Assembly (NCBI RefSeq): GCF_900111645.1
Contig: NZ_FOHQ01000003.1
Location: forward strand, 73,803 to 113,802
DNA: 40,000 bases
From: Methanococcoides vulcani
GTDB lineage: Archaea; Halobacteriota; Methanosarcinia; Methanosarcinales; Methanosarcinaceae
Reading direction: 5' to 3'
Both the position numbers and the translations under genes were made by a program. The notes beneath the pieces are model-generated. The model was not told the origin of the DNA and did no database searches. It was given only the letters and a program-made list of their open reading frames with translations. Positions 1 to 10,741 of the stretch are shown here, in pieces; the first letter of the stretch is position 1; the number at the start of each line of letters is the position of its first letter.

Positions 1-3000
1 TATTGGATCCCCTCCAAGGTTGGATTCTATATATTTTCCATCCATTGCGTTGAGAACCTGCTGTACCTCATCCTCACTCTGACCAAGGTTGTAGGCATAT
101 TCCGTAGCATCTGATAGATAATCATCCATTGCAACTGAATTGTTACCAACACCAAGAACCTGTTCCTGAGCAAACGTGGAATTTAATCCCAGATTCAGAA
201 CAAGGTCGAGAAGCAACACTGGTGCAGTTTCGGATGTGTTGTACAGTGCGACTTCCTCCTTGAAATCATTTCCAAGCATGGAACATACCATCTCACTTAG
301 CTGTTCATCTTGCGGTGAAGTACCAAGGATATGCAAACCATATGGCATAGATGTGGTCCTTAGTTCCCTGAGAACATCATCAAGTTCATCCAGGAACTCT
401 TCCCTTGTCGACTCACCCTTGGAATGACTCATATTGACCCTTTCATCCAGATGCAATTCAAGTGTCAGGTTAACGATCTCGTTATAGCGTAACTCCTGCA
501 TATTCGGGTCACTGGAAAGAGCGTTATACTGACTTATCTTGTCGTTCAATTCGGTATAATTTCCATAACTTCCGGACATTACCACAGGTGGTATGAGGTG
601 ATCGATTATGATCGCATTACCTCTGCGTTTTGCCTGCATGCCTTCTCCCATACCATCCATTACGTATGGGTAGACGACAGGAATGTCACTGACCATGAGG
701 GCAGGCCACTCGTCCCTGAACAGACCGAATTCTTTTCCAGGCAACCATTCGACAGTACCATGTCTACCCATATTTACCATCACATCGGCATCAAACTCGT
801 TCTGCAACCATAGATAGAATGCGATGTACTGGTGGTGAGGTGGCAGGTCTCCTGAATGGTAGAGTGCATCATTGTCCTGTAACCAGCCTCTTGTAGGTTG
901 CGGGGCAAGGATCACATTGTCACTAACTTCTATTTTAGGTATAACGACGAAGCTGTTACCTGAACGATCTTCGTATATCATGACCTCTCCAGGAGCTTCA
1001 CCCCACATTTCAACTACTTCCTGCTTTCTTTCTTCAGGAAGCTCATCGAACCAACCATGATATGTTTCTTCAGGGATCAATGTCACTTTGCCTGTCTCGA
1101 CAAGGTCTTCCAGTTCTCCAGGTGCCCAGGTTCCAATATTTGTACCCTGCTTCACAAAGAGATCTACAAGTTCTGTTTCGTTAGGAATGCTTGAACTTTC
1201 TACATCATAACCTGAGTCGGCCATTCCTTTCAGAAGATTATTGATACTTGGGACGACTTCAAGGTATGAAGCACCTATGTTGTCTTTTCCTGCTCCATGG
1301 TTATAGTACAGGATAACTACTTTCTTGTCAGATTCGTTCTTTGAAGAAAGTTCTGTCTGTGCTTCAGCCCTGTCCACAAGCCAATCAATCTGACTATCAA
1401 CTGGAACGTAAATATCATTACCCTGGGAATCGACTTCTTCTGATGCGATCATAATCGGATCGATCCAGCCCCATGTCTCAGGTCTGTACATCCTCAGCAT
1501 ATAGGTGTTAGGCAGCGGGTTATTTGTAGCCTCCCACTCTTCCAGGTTCATGTAACCGTTGAGTACGGTGTTCATCACTGGTACACCCAGATCTTCTTTG
1601 TCGAAAGGTTGACTGCGATAAGTGCTTGAAAGTATCAGGTCGACTTTAGTTTCAGGAGTATGGTTGAAGAACGGGTCTACATAATTACTTCTTGAACCAT
1701 AGCATGGAATTACATTTATGCCTCTGGATTCGAAGTTTCTGATAAGCTCATCGAAAGGCATCAGGTCGTCTGGATAATAAGAACTGTAGAATAGTATACC
1801 TACAGTTGGTGCATTTTCATCAAAGGAATGATTGGTTCCCGTCCTGTTGCTATACCAGTCGAAATATTCTGTGGCACTGGATGTGAAATGGGACAATTCG
1901 GTCATGTCTGGATGATAAATGGCTTTTTCCAGACCGTCTGGACCTTTCACCTCAAGATCATCCCTGCCTCCATATTCCTTTGAAAGGAAGAAGATCATGT
2001 TATCAAAGTTTGAGGTATCCATAGCACCATATATCCAGTAATCCTGGAGGTAATCCCGCAGATCATCCTCGTCGGAAAAGACGGATGGTATGTATGGGAT
2101 ATTCTGGTTCAGGTGAGTATTATATCCTATTACTACCGTACCATTTGCTATTGCAGCATTAATCTCATCTTCGATCATAGATGCACTATCCGTGAACATG
2201 TTCACATATATGATGTCAGTATCACTGAGGTTTACGTCTTCTGTAAGTGTGGAAGGTAGATAATAGGATACAGTAATGTTGTAAGTCGAATTTTCATTAA
2301 TCCTGCTTACAAGTCCATCGAACTGTTGTTTATAGCTTTCATAACCAGTTATCAATGCAATATTGATGTGAGGACCATTTGCTGCAGCTCCTGACTCAGC
2401 ATATATCTTTTTAAGCAGAACAAGATCTGTACCAACTTTTGGAGATCCAGATTTACTTAGTGTAAGACCTGAAACTGTCGTTCTATCTAGGTATGCAAGT
2501 ATGGCATCGTGATAATTGCTCTGATTCTTGCGCATTGCAAACGTAATGTTCATAGGAGTGCCGTTTTCGACATTAAAATCACTTACATTTGTTAACCACA
2601 TACCACCCATTGCAGTACTGTATATAACACCCGATAAGCTGTAATCCCCGTTCGGCACGTTATCGAAAAGGTAGTAACCGGTTTCATTACTGGTTGTATT
2701 GTCAACGAACTCACCATTCTGGTCAGTTAGAACCAGATCTGTACCAACTTTTGGAGATCCAGATTTACTTAGTGTAAGACCTGAAACTGTCGTTCTATCT
2801 AGGTATGCAAGTATGGCATCGTGATCATTGCTTTCATTCTTGCGCATTGCAAACGTAATGTTCATAGCAGTGCCGTTTTCGACAGTGAATTCACTGACAT
2901 TTGTTAACCACATGCCACCCATTGCAGTACTGTATATAACACCTGATAAGCTGTAATCCCCGTTGGGGACGTTATCGAAAAGGTAGTAACCAGTATTATT

Positions 3001-4422
3001 ACTGGTTGTATTGTCAACAAACTCACCATTTTGGTCAGTTAATATGAGATCTGAACCAACTTTTGGAGAGCCTGATTTACTGAGTGTAAACCCTGAAACT
3101 GTCGTTCGGTCAATATATGAAAGTATTGCCTCGTGATCATTGCTCTCATTCTTGCGCATTGCAAACGTAATGTTCATAGGAGTGCCGTTTTCTACAGTAA
3201 ACTCACTAACATTAGTTAACCACATGCCACCCATTGCAGTGCTATATATAACACCTGATAACCTGTAATCACCATTTGGTACGTTATCGAAAAGGTAGTA
3301 ACCGGTTTCATTACTGGTTGCATTTCCAAATAACTTGAAAGTTGTAGTAAAAGTTGGAGTTTCTTCTGTTTCTTCTGGCTCTGTATTTTCATCTGTAAAT
3401 ACATTTTTAAGCAGAACGAGATTAGTACCAACTTTTGCAGACCCACTCTTGCTTACCGTCCTGCCTGAAACAGCAGTTCTATCCAGGTATGCAAGTATTG
3501 CCTCGTGATCATTGCTCTCATTCTTGCGCATTGCAAACGTAATGTTCACAGCAGTGCCGTTTTCTACAGTGAATTCACTGACATTTGTTAACCACATGCC
3601 ACCCATTGCAGTGCTATATATAACACCCGATAAGCTGTAATCCCCGTTGGGGACGTTATCGAAAAGGTAGTAACCGGTTTCATTGCTGGTTGTATTGTCA
3701 ACAAACTCACCATTTTGGTCAGTTAAAACAAGATTAGTACCAACTTTTGCAGACCCACTCTTGCTTACCGTCCTGCCTAAAACAGCAGTTCTATCCAGGT
3801 ATGCAAGTATTGCCTCGTGATCATTGCTTTCATTCTTGCGCATTGCAAACGTAATGTTCATAGGAGTGCCGTTTTCGACAGTGAACTCACTGACATTTGT
3901 TAACCACATGCCACCCATTGCAGTGCTATATATAACACCCGATAAGCTGTAATCCCCGTTGGGGACGTTATCGAAAAGGTAGTAACCGGTTTCATTGCTG
4001 GTTGTATTGTCAACGAACTCACCATTCTGGTCAGTTAAAACAAGATTAGTACCAACTTTTGCAGACCCACTCTTGCTTACCGTTCTGCCTGAAACAGCAG
4101 TTCTATCCAGGTATGCAAGTATAACATCGTGATCATTGCTCTCATTCTTGCGCATTGCAAACGTAATGTTCATAGCAGTGCCGTTTTCTACAGTAAAATC
4201 ACTGACATTCGTTAACCACATACCACCCATTGCAGTACTATATATTACTGAAGCCAGTCGGTAATTTCCATTCGGAACATCACTAAAACTAAAGTTCCCG
4301 TTCTCATCACTCGTCGTATTCGCAACGACTTCCATATTTTCATAATTTCCAGCCGATACCACTGGCATTGCAAGTGCCAGCAACAAAAGTATGCTTAAAG
4401 CTAATATGCCGCATTTTCTCAT
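1..4422 (-). CDS. Secreted CobN/Mg-chelatase-family large-subunit homologue with a signal peptide and six tandem carboxypeptidase-regulatory-like beta-sandwich repeats; 3' end runs off the window
   Basis: My own minus-strand translation from the ATG at 4422-4420 gives MRKCGILALSILLLLALAMPVVSAGNYEN..., followed by 6 units of about 104 aa (consensus ...NETGYYLFDNVPNGDYSLSGVIYSTAMGGMWLTNVSEFTVENGT.MNITFAMRKNES...). In the same frame (870 and 4422 are both 0 mod 3), 870 downward reads DALYHSGDLPPHHQYIAFYLWLQNEFDADVMVNMGRHGTVEWLPGKEF..., the hallmark CobN/ChlH motif. It is absent from the ORF track because there is no stop codon inside the window. Confidence 0.85.
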   Translation of the reverse strand, partial: MRKCGILALSILLLLALAMPVVSAGNYENMEVVANTTSDENGNFSFSDVPNGNYRLASVIYSTAMGGMWLTNVSDFTVENGTAMNITFAMRKNESNDHDVILAYLDRTAVSGRTVSKSGSAKVGTNLVLTDQNGEFVDNTTSNETGYYLFDNVPNGDYSLSGVIYSTAMGGMWLTNVSEFTVENGTPMNITFAMRKNESNDHEAILAYLDRTAVLGRTVSKSGSAKVGTNLVLTDQNGEFVDNTTSNETGYYLFDNVPNGDYSLSGVIYSTAMGGMWLTNVSEFTVENGTAVNITFAMRKNESNDHEAILAYLDRTAVSGRTVSKSGSAKVGTNLVLLKNVFTDENTEPEETEETPTFTTTFKLFGNATSNETGYYLFDNVPNGDYRLSGVIYSTAMGGMWLTNVSEFTVENGTPMNITFAMRKNESNDHEAILSYIDRTTVSGFTLSKSGSPKVGSDLILTDQNGEFVDNTTSNNTGYYLFDNVPNGDYSLSGVIYSTAMGGMWLTNVSEFTVENGTAMNITFAMRKNESNDHDAILAYLDRTTVSGLTLSKSGSPKVGTDLVLTDQNGEFVDNTTSNETGYYLFDNVPNGDYSLSGVIYSTAMGGMWLTNVSDFNVENGTPMNITFAMRKNQSNYHDAILAYLDRTTVSGLTLSKSGSPKVGTDLVLLKKIYAESGAAANGPHINIALITGYESYKQQFDGLVSRINENSTYNITVSYYLPSTLTEDVNLSDTDIIYVNMFTDSASMIEDEINAAIANGTVVIGYNTHLNQNIPYIPSVFSDEDDLRDYLQDYWIYGAMDTSNFDNMIFFLSKEYGGRDDLEVKGPDGLEKAIYHPDMTELSHFTSSATEYFDWYSNRTGTNHSFDENAPTVGILFYSSYYPDDLMPFDELIRNFESRGINVIPCYGSRSNYVDPFFNHTPETKVDLILSSTYRSQPFDKEDLGVPVMNTVLNGYMNLEEWEATNNPLPNTYMLRMYRPETWGWIDPIMIASEEVDSQGNDIYVPVDSQIDWLVDRAEAQTELSSKNESDKKVVILYYNHGAGKDNIGASYLEVVPSINNLLKGMADSGYDVESSSIPNETELVDLFVKQGTNIGTWAPGELEDLVETGKVTLIPEETYHGWFDELPEERKQEVVEMWGEAPGEVMIYEDRSGNSFVVIPKIEVSDNVILAPQPTRGWLQDNDALYHSGDLPPHHQYIAFYLWLQNEFDADVMVNMGRHGTVEWLPGKEFGLFRDEWPALMVSDIPVVYPYVMDGMGEGMQAKRRGNAIIIDHLIPPVVMSGSYGNYTELNDKISQYNALSSDPNMQELRYNEIVNLTLELHLDERVNMSHSKGESTREEFLDELDDVLRELRTTSMPYGLHILGTSPQDEQLSEMVCSMLGNDFKEEVALYNTSETAPVLLLDLVLNLGLNSTFAQEQVLGVGNNSVAMDDYLSDATEYAYNLGQSEDEVQQVLNAMDGKYIESNLGGDPI
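2413..4340. repeat. Six tandem coding repeats, period 312 bp (one unit is 372 bp due to a 60-bp acidic-linker insertion)
   Basis: The landmark GTTAACCACAT(A/G)CCACCCATTGCAGT recurs at 2591, 2903, 3215, 3587, 3899 and 4211, with spacings of 312, 312, 372, 312 and 312. Neighbouring units (for example 3421-3732 versus 3733-4044) differ at only a few positions by eye. The unit at the gene's 5' end is more diverged. Confidence 0.9.
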
Positions 4423-5207
4423 ATACCTACCACCAATAATGCAGTGCCTTCTGTCAATTAGTAGAGTTGACCGGATGGCTGCATTCAATTTATTAAGTTT
4501 TTTCAATTTCGTTGTTTTAAATTCACTTTAGATAATGTAAGTCAACTTGTTTTCAGCTTCAAAAAAAATTAACACATGTTTTATTTCCTTAGTATAGCCA
4601 GACGTTAATACCTCAAATTCAAGGTCGAGCATTTAGCTTCTATACATTCTGTAGCAGGAAATTTGGTCTGGTCAATTCCTTTATTGTATTAGTGACTCGA
4701 TTTTCTAAAGATGATTTTATGTATGCAATTATACTAACAAATAAAGTGTTATAAACTTTTATTTTATCATTATATAATTACAATTGAATGTTTGAGACCG
4801 ATTTATGTCTTGTATATTCTCATATGTAGAACAAATTATAGTATATAAATTTGCTGAATATGCAATTAATATTATCTTAAATACTAAGAATATATTTGCT
4901 ATTATCTGTCTTGATGCTTTTTTCTAAAGCCTACAATTATTTTGGAAAAACCAGTTTAAACTATTATTTTGAGAAAAACATACTATTTAATAAACACCAA
5001 TTTTATTTCGTATATTTTAATATATAAAAAACAGTATACAACACGCACAGTATGTATATGTAAATTGACCTTTTCGAACGAAAGTTCACATCCAAAAAAC
5101 AGTGCCTCTGCAAGCATTGTACTACAATATTCTTAAATAAAATAACTCAATTCTATCATCGTTCCTGATCAGTAGAAATAGATGATAAGGATCTTCGGAG
5201 CAATATT

Positions 5208-6434
5208 ATGAAAGATCGGTATGATGTGATCGTTGTAGGTGCAGGACCTGCTGGTTCAATAGCAGCAACCACTGCTGCCAGAAAAGGGCTTTCTGTTCTT
5301 CTTCTTGAAAAGCGACAGGAAATAGGTGCACCTGTAAGGTGTGCTGAAGGTGTAAGCAAAAAACGACTTCAACAGCATATTGAACCTGATGAAAAATGGA
5401 TCTGCTCTGAACTTAAAGGAGCCCATATCATATCTCCCAACGGGATTACTATAGCTATGTCTGAAGAGAATGCCGGGTCGGAAGTCGGTTATGTCCTTGA
5501 CAGAAAGATATTTGATCGTGCACTTACAGAGCAAAGTGTAGAAGCTGGTGCTGATGTGCTGGTAAAGGCCAGGGTAACCGGACTTGTCACTGAGGATGAT
5601 TCTATATGTGGCGTTCACCTGATGTATCATGGTGAAATGCATACGGTCCACTCCAGTATTGTCATTGGTGCAGATGGAGTTGAATCCAAGGTTGGTAGGT
5701 GGGCAGGCATCGATACATCCCTTAAGCCTTCACAGGTTGAAACATGTGCACAGTTTCTTGTAAGTGGTTCTGGTATAAATCAGGATTTCTGTTATTTTTA
5801 TATCGGAAACGAAGTTGCACCTGCAGGATATATCTGGTTGTTCCCTAAAGGTGGCGACGTTGCAAATGTAGGTATCGGTATACTTGGAAACAAGTCCGGT
5901 AGCAAGAGGCCGATAGATCTATTAACCGACTTTGTTGCAAAGAATATTCCTGAAGGCAGGATCATTGAACGAGTGGCTGGTGCAGTTCCTGCAAGTGGTC
6001 CTATTGAGAGGACCATTGCCAACGGATTGATGCTTGTAGGTGATGCTGCAAGACAGTCTGATCCCTTTACAGGCGGTGGTATCAGTAATGCCATGGATGC
6101 GGGAATGATGGCAGGTGAGGTTGCAGCAAAGGCTATTGAAGTCGGCGACGTTTCAGAGGATATTCTTCAGGAATATGAACTACTCTGGCGTGAGACCATC
6201 GGAAAGGATATTGGGAACAGCCTGATCGTGAAGGACACTTTCTTCAACCTGCCGGATGAGGATCTCAACAGTCTTGCTGAATCGGTAAGGGATGTTAATT
6301 TTGATAAGATGGATTTCATTGTGCTTGCATCAGCATTGTTCAAGAGTAACAAGAAACTTCTCTGGAACCTCAGGCCATTGTTTGCACAAAAGTTAAAGCA
6401 GAAGTTCTCTGCTAAAGGTATATTCAGGAAATGA
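5208..6434 (+). CDS. Geranylgeranyl reductase family flavoprotein (digeranylgeranylglycerophospholipid reductase-like)
   Basis: N-terminal FAD-binding motif [44 protein letters not shown]; length 408 aa, typical of archaeal GGR. Confidence 0.85.
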   Translation: MKDRYDVIVVGAGPAGSIAATTAARKGLSVLLLEKRQEIGAPVRCAEGVSKKRLQQHIEPDEKWICSELKGAHIISPNGITIAMSEENAGSEVGYVLDRKIFDRALTEQSVEAGADVLVKARVTGLVTEDDSICGVHLMYHGEMHTVHSSIVIGADGVESKVGRWAGIDTSLKPSQVETCAQFLVSGSGINQDFCYFYIGNEVAPAGYIWLFPKGGDVANVGIGILGNKSGSKRPIDLLTDFVAKNIPEGRIIERVAGAVPASGPIERTIANGLMLVGDAARQSDPFTGGGISNAMDAGMMAGEVAAKAIEVGDVSEDILQEYELLWRETIGKDIGNSLIVKDTFFNLPDEDLNSLAESVRDVNFDKMDFIVLASALFKSNKKLLWNLRPLFAQKLKQKFSAKGIFRK

Positions 6435-6490
6435 AGTTTGTTGTATTGTACAAAAGACTAATATCTAACTACTAACCATTCACAACTCTA

Positions 6491-7552
6491 ATGAGCCTTA
6501 CATTATGCCCGAAGTGTGGGGCAGAAACCAGAAGACTCTACAAAAACGTTTGTAGAAAATGCTTTTTAGAACAATTCACTTTAGCTGAGCTTCCGCTTGT
6601 CCTTCACACCAGAATATGCTCCAGGTGCAATGCACGATTTGACCGCAATAAATGGCGGGATGAAGGAGACCTTGAGGATATAGTCATAAGAACTGTCGAA
6701 GATGAGCTTTTTGTCCACGATGAAGCGGATAATGTTGAGATCTACATTAATCCCCGAGAGATGACTCCACATCTCTACAGGGTAAAAGTAGAAATTGATG
6801 CCATGGTCGAGGGAGAACCACTACATCAGGAGCTTAAGGCAGAGGTTCGCATAATACGTGAAGCCTGTGACAGGTGCAGCCGGATGGCAGGTGGCTATTT
6901 CGAGGCGATCCTGCAGATAAGGGCAGCCAACAGAATAGTGACTCCTGAAGAGATCGATGCCTGTAAGCTCATCTGTGCCAATATGGTCGAGAAATTATGG
7001 AAAAAAGGAGACCGCTTTGCGTTCATTACGGATTGCATTGATTCAAAGGATGGAGCTGATCTATATCTTGGTTCGGCAAATGCAGGCTGCCAGATATGCA
7101 AGGCCATCGTATCAGAAATTGGAGGGACCTTTTCGGAGTCTCCTACGCTTTACAGTCATAAAGACGGGAAAGACCTTTACAGAATTACTTTTTCCATGAG
7201 ATTACCTGAGTTCATGCCGGGTGACATAATTCTCTTCAAAGATAGTGTCATAGAAATAAGGAACTCCGGGAAGAACTCCAAAGGTATCTACCTTGCAAGT
7301 GGTGCTAGGTTCCTTGAAGAAACCGAAAAACTGAATGGTGCTATACGCATAGCCAACAGGGACGATGCAGTTGGTGCTGTTCTTGTGGCTGTGGAGGGCG
7401 ATGATATAATGGTCCTTGATCCTTCTACTTATCAAACTATAACATTGAAGAAACCCATGTTCTTCTCATCCGAGTCAGGCAGTGAGATCCCGGTGATCAG
7501 TACCGAGCAGGGACTTTTTGCTCTGCCGGAGGACAGTGCACACAAACTATAA
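6491..7552 (+). CDS. NMD3-family protein (archaeal homologue of the 60S export adaptor)
   Basis: N-terminal CxxC clusters (CPKCG...CRKCF...CSRCN...CDRCS) and a size of about 350 aa fit the archaeal NMD3 family. Confidence 0.75.
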   Translation: MSLTLCPKCGAETRRLYKNVCRKCFLEQFTLAELPLVLHTRICSRCNARFDRNKWRDEGDLEDIVIRTVEDELFVHDEADNVEIYINPREMTPHLYRVKVEIDAMVEGEPLHQELKAEVRIIREACDRCSRMAGGYFEAILQIRAANRIVTPEEIDACKLICANMVEKLWKKGDRFAFITDCIDSKDGADLYLGSANAGCQICKAIVSEIGGTFSESPTLYSHKDGKDLYRITFSMRLPEFMPGDIILFKDSVIEIRNSGKNSKGIYLASGARFLEETEKLNGAIRIANRDDAVGAVLVAVEGDDIMVLDPSTYQTITLKKPMFFSSESGSEIPVISTEQGLFALPEDSAHKL

Positions 7553-8717
7553 GGGGGCTATCTTTCTGGAGAACGTTCTTGTTTTAGGATACAGTAGCAG
7601 GAACATAGCCTGCTCGGCTACAAAAGCTGGCTACAATGTCTATGCCATCGATGCCTTCTGTGACATGGACCTGAAGGAAAATACAGTTGCATGTCAATCC
7701 CTTCTTACGGATGAATCCATTGATATCAAGAATATAGATAAAAAGACTATTCTGGAACTGATCGATAACTTTGATGTGTATCCTGATGCTGTAGTACTTG
7801 GCTCCGGTTTTGAAGAACTGGACCTGGGAGATCTGTCCTGTAAGATACTGAACAATGACCCTGTTACCATGAAACAGGTTTCTGACAAATCATTTCTTGC
7901 AAAAGAGCTCGAGTCTCTGGGAATCCTTCATCCTCGCTCGGGTAATGTGGAAGAAGCTGATGAGATAGGCTATCCCCTGATGGTAAAACCCAAGTGTGCA
8001 GGAGGGGGGCGTTTGAACCGGATAGCACACAATGAAGATGACCTGAATGCTATTATGGAGGAAATCCCTGAACTTGATCCGACATTGACATCCGGGGATA
8101 TCATGGTCCAGGAGTTCCTGTCAGGTTTCCCTGCAAGTGTTTCTCTCATAGCGGATGGATCCCGTGCAGTTCCTATAGCAGCCAACGAGCAGCTCATTGG
8201 TGTTCCCTGGCTTTCCGGTTTACCTTTTGCATACTGTGGCAATATAACACCCTACAGGACACCTTACACTCAACAGATGTATGAGATCTCTGAAAAGATC
8301 GCATCCGAATTTGGACTTATAGGTTCCAATGGTGTGGATTTCCTGCTGACCGATACAGGTCCTGTTGTAATAGAAGTAAATGCCCGATTGCAGGGAAGTC
8401 TGGATACTGTGGAAATGGCAACCGGTTTTAATCTCTTTGATCTTCATGTGCAATCCTTTGATGGCATCCTTCCGGAAGACATTCCTGATATCTGTCAATA
8501 TGCTATTCGGGCTGTATTGTATGCTGATAAAGCTGTAACTGTCGATGGATCATTTTATGAGATGATCAGGGCCGAATCCATTGCTGATATTCCTGCACCG
8601 GGATATCAGGCACTTCCCGATGATCCTGTTGCATCAATACTCGCTGCTGGTACAACCCGGGAAGATGTTATGGAAAAGGCATTGAACATAACATACAGGA
8701 TAAGGAAACTGCCTTAA
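7518..8717 (+). CDS. ATP-grasp superfamily carboligase-like protein (COG2232-type, specific function unknown)
   Basis: Contains GYPLMVKPKCAGGGRLN, a glycine-rich ATP-grasp loop context, and later SNGVDFLLTDTGPVVIEVNARLQGS, an ATP-grasp C-terminal motif. The ATG at 7518 overlaps the NMD3 gene by 35 nt and the true start is uncertain. Homology appears to begin near LENVLVLGYSS, around 7566. Confidence 0.7.
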   Translation: MLCRRTVHTNYKGAIFLENVLVLGYSSRNIACSATKAGYNVYAIDAFCDMDLKENTVACQSLLTDESIDIKNIDKKTILELIDNFDVYPDAVVLGSGFEELDLGDLSCKILNNDPVTMKQVSDKSFLAKELESLGILHPRSGNVEEADEIGYPLMVKPKCAGGGRLNRIAHNEDDLNAIMEEIPELDPTLTSGDIMVQEFLSGFPASVSLIADGSRAVPIAANEQLIGVPWLSGLPFAYCGNITPYRTPYTQQMYEISEKIASEFGLIGSNGVDFLLTDTGPVVIEVNARLQGSLDTVEMATGFNLFDLHVQSFDGILPEDIPDICQYAIRAVLYADKAVTVDGSFYEMIRAESIADIPAPGYQALPDDPVASILAAGTTREDVMEKALNITYRIRKLP

Positions 8718-8855
8718 GGCCGGATATATCTAGAGACATGAATCTTATGGCAGTTAGTTATGGATTAGCTATAAATAACAAAATACCCAAGAGTCCTATC
8801 CTTAAATTAATATTTATTCATACTATCTACTTATACACACTATCTTACTTGAAAG

Positions 8856-9368
8856 GTGATACTATTGACAGATTTAAATGATCCAGTCGTCCGAGGATAT
8901 CTGATACAATTGATGGGTGAAGAGGGGCTTGAGATGATCGAGAAGATGCCGGCGGAGGGCGAGGTCACTGACGAGCAGATCGCCGAAGCAACCGGTGTTA
9001 TGCTCAACATTGTCAGGAGAACACTTTTCATCATGAACGAGAACAAGCTTGCAATTTGCAGAAGGGAGCGTGATTCCAGCAGTGGTTGGCTTACTTACCT
9101 GTGGCAGCTCGATCTCAGTGACATCGAGTCCCATCTTGCAAAGGAAAAAAAGAAACTGTTCAAGAACCTTCAGTTACGTCTTGAATCTGAGGAAGACAAT
9201 GTATTCTACACCTGTCCTGAAGGATGTGTAAGGTTCCAGTTCAACGATGCCAGTGAATGTGAGTTCCTTTGTCCTGCATGCGGTGAGGACCTGATGTTCG
9301 AAGACAACTCACCCATGGTTGAAAAGCTCACCAAACGTCTTGATGAGCTAAAAACAAATAATTCATGA
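8856..9368 (+). CDS. tfe: Transcription factor E (TFE alpha, TFIIE-alpha homologue)
   Basis: Winged-helix N-terminus (VVRGYLIQLMGEEGLEMIEKM...VTDEQIAEATGVMLNIVRRTLFIMNENKL) plus a zinc ribbon (YTCPEGC...FLCPACGEDL). The start is GTG at 8856 or the in-frame TTG at 8865, following GAAAGGTGA. Confidence 0.85.
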   Translation: MILLTDLNDPVVRGYLIQLMGEEGLEMIEKMPAEGEVTDEQIAEATGVMLNIVRRTLFIMNENKLAICRRERDSSSGWLTYLWQLDLSDIESHLAKEKKKLFKNLQLRLESEEDNVFYTCPEGCVRFQFNDASECEFLCPACGEDLMFEDNSPMVEKLTKRLDELKTNNS

Positions 9369-9871
9369 TCTCACCTTCTGATGCCCTGGAATTGCTTGAG
9401 AAAGCAGGCTGTGCAGCGAACGTTATCCGTCATTGTCAGGTCGTTTCAAAAAAGGCAGTGGAAATTGCTGTTGCGTACAGGGGATCAGGTAAGGATATCG
9501 ATCTTGATATCGTGGAAGTGGGTGCCCTTCTTCATGATATTGGAAGATGTCGCACTCATGGAATAAGACACGCTCTGGAAGGGGTATCGATCGCAGAAGA
9601 TCTTGGTCTGGATCTCCGTCTTATACGTATTATAAGGAACCATATCGGTGCGGGTATAACCTGTCAGGAAGCTTCACTTCTGGGTCTTCCTGAGGATGAT
9701 TATCTTCCTGTGAGCATTGAGGAAAAGATAGTGGCTCATGCTGATAATCTTGTAATGGGAGAAGAAAGTGTGACCATTTCAAGGTGTATCCAGCGCATGA
9801 AGGACAGGGGAATGAGTGAAGAGGCAATTTCAAGGGTTCAGGATCTTGCGAATGAGGTTGGAATTTATTGA
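9365..9871 (+). CDS. HD/HDIG-domain metal-dependent phosphohydrolase
   Basis: LLHDIGR motif and downstream HIGAGI...AHADNL. Its ATG overlaps the tfe stop codon (ATGA), which suggests co-transcription. Confidence 0.8.
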   Translation: MISPSDALELLEKAGCAANVIRHCQVVSKKAVEIAVAYRGSGKDIDLDIVEVGALLHDIGRCRTHGIRHALEGVSIAEDLGLDLRLIRIIRNHIGAGITCQEASLLGLPEDDYLPVSIEEKIVAHADNLVMGEESVTISRCIQRMKDRGMSEEAISRVQDLANEVGIY

Positions 9872-10005
9872 CCTCTATGTTGTTATTTCAAAAATGACTA
9901 TGGATAAATTTATATATTAAAATCACTAAAGGGATGTTGTATTGCGGGAAGCAAAACACATTTTTACCTATTGATTTTCTCGTTTTTTACTATGAGGTAT
10001 AATTA

Positions 10006-10638
10006 ATGGATAATGATAAGCATTTAAAAGGCACAACTACTGTAGGTATAGTGTGCTCTGATGGAGTAGTCCTTGCTACTGAACAGAGAGCAACCATGGG
10101 GAATTTTATCGCCAGCAAGACTGCAAAGAAGATCTACCAGATCGATGACCTTGTGGGAATGACCACAGCAGGCTCTGTAGGCGATGCACAGCAGATCGTA
10201 CGTGTCATTAGTGTAGAATCCAAGCTTTTCAAGATGCGCAGGCAGGAGTCAGTTACCATTAAAGGTATTGCGACACTTCTCTCTAATTTGTTGAGCGGAC
10301 AGAGATATTATCCACTTATGGTCCAGTTGCTTATTGGCGGATTTGACAAGAACGGACCCGCAGTCTATTCACTGGATGCACTTGGAGGCAAGATCGAAGA
10401 GACAAAAGCAGTGTCAACAGGTTCAGGTTCTCCAATGGCATATGGTGTTCTTGAAGACCGCTATAAGGATGACATGACCGTAGAAGAAGGAGTTGACCTT
10501 GCAATACGTGCTCTTCACAATGCAATGAAGAGAGATTCCGCTTCCGGAGAAGGCATTGACGTCGTTGTGATCACAAAGGACAAGTATGAAAGACTTGATC
10601 AGGAAGAGGTTAAGGAAAAACGTAAAGCTTTATATTGA
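10006..10638 (+). CDS. psmB: Proteasome subunit beta
   Basis: Propeptide followed by [27 protein letters not shown], with the active-site Thr after G|TTT; 210 aa. Confidence 0.95.
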   Translation: MDNDKHLKGTTTVGIVCSDGVVLATEQRATMGNFIASKTAKKIYQIDDLVGMTTAGSVGDAQQIVRVISVESKLFKMRRQESVTIKGIATLLSNLLSGQRYYPLMVQLLIGGFDKNGPAVYSLDALGGKIEETKAVSTGSGSPMAYGVLEDRYKDDMTVEEGVDLAIRALHNAMKRDSASGEGIDVVVITKDKYERLDQEEVKEKRKALY

Positions 10639-10741
10639 TTTTATGAAGATCAGATCCGTTCTTACGGTTTTGATCGAATTTTAATATATTTTTTTTAAAT
10701 TTTAACATTTTTTGACTTTTTTGAAATAGGAAGGCTATTTA

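Noticed and set aside
176-3446. Track ORFs 176-427(+), 598-813(+), 872-1060(+) and 3216-3446(-).
   Set aside because: All lie inside the long minus-strand CobN-like reading frame, either antisense or out of frame. Their low-complexity translations have no recognisable motifs.
4430-4700. Possible cobalamin riboswitch in the 5' leader of the CobN-like gene (minus strand).
   Set aside because: I could not find a B12-box-like element or the conserved paired regions by eye, and riboswitches of this class are not established in Archaea. An Rfam scan would be needed to overturn this.
5156-6352. Minus-strand ORFs 5156-5359, 5256-5651, 5798-6094 and 6167-6352.
   Set aside because: They are antisense to the geranylgeranyl reductase gene and show no motifs.
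7518-7552. The 35-nt overlap between the NMD3 gene and the ATP-grasp gene, considered as a programmed feature.
   Set aside because: It is most likely just start-codon ambiguity, because the conserved part of the ATP-grasp protein begins after the NMD3 stop. No slippery or recoding signal was seen.
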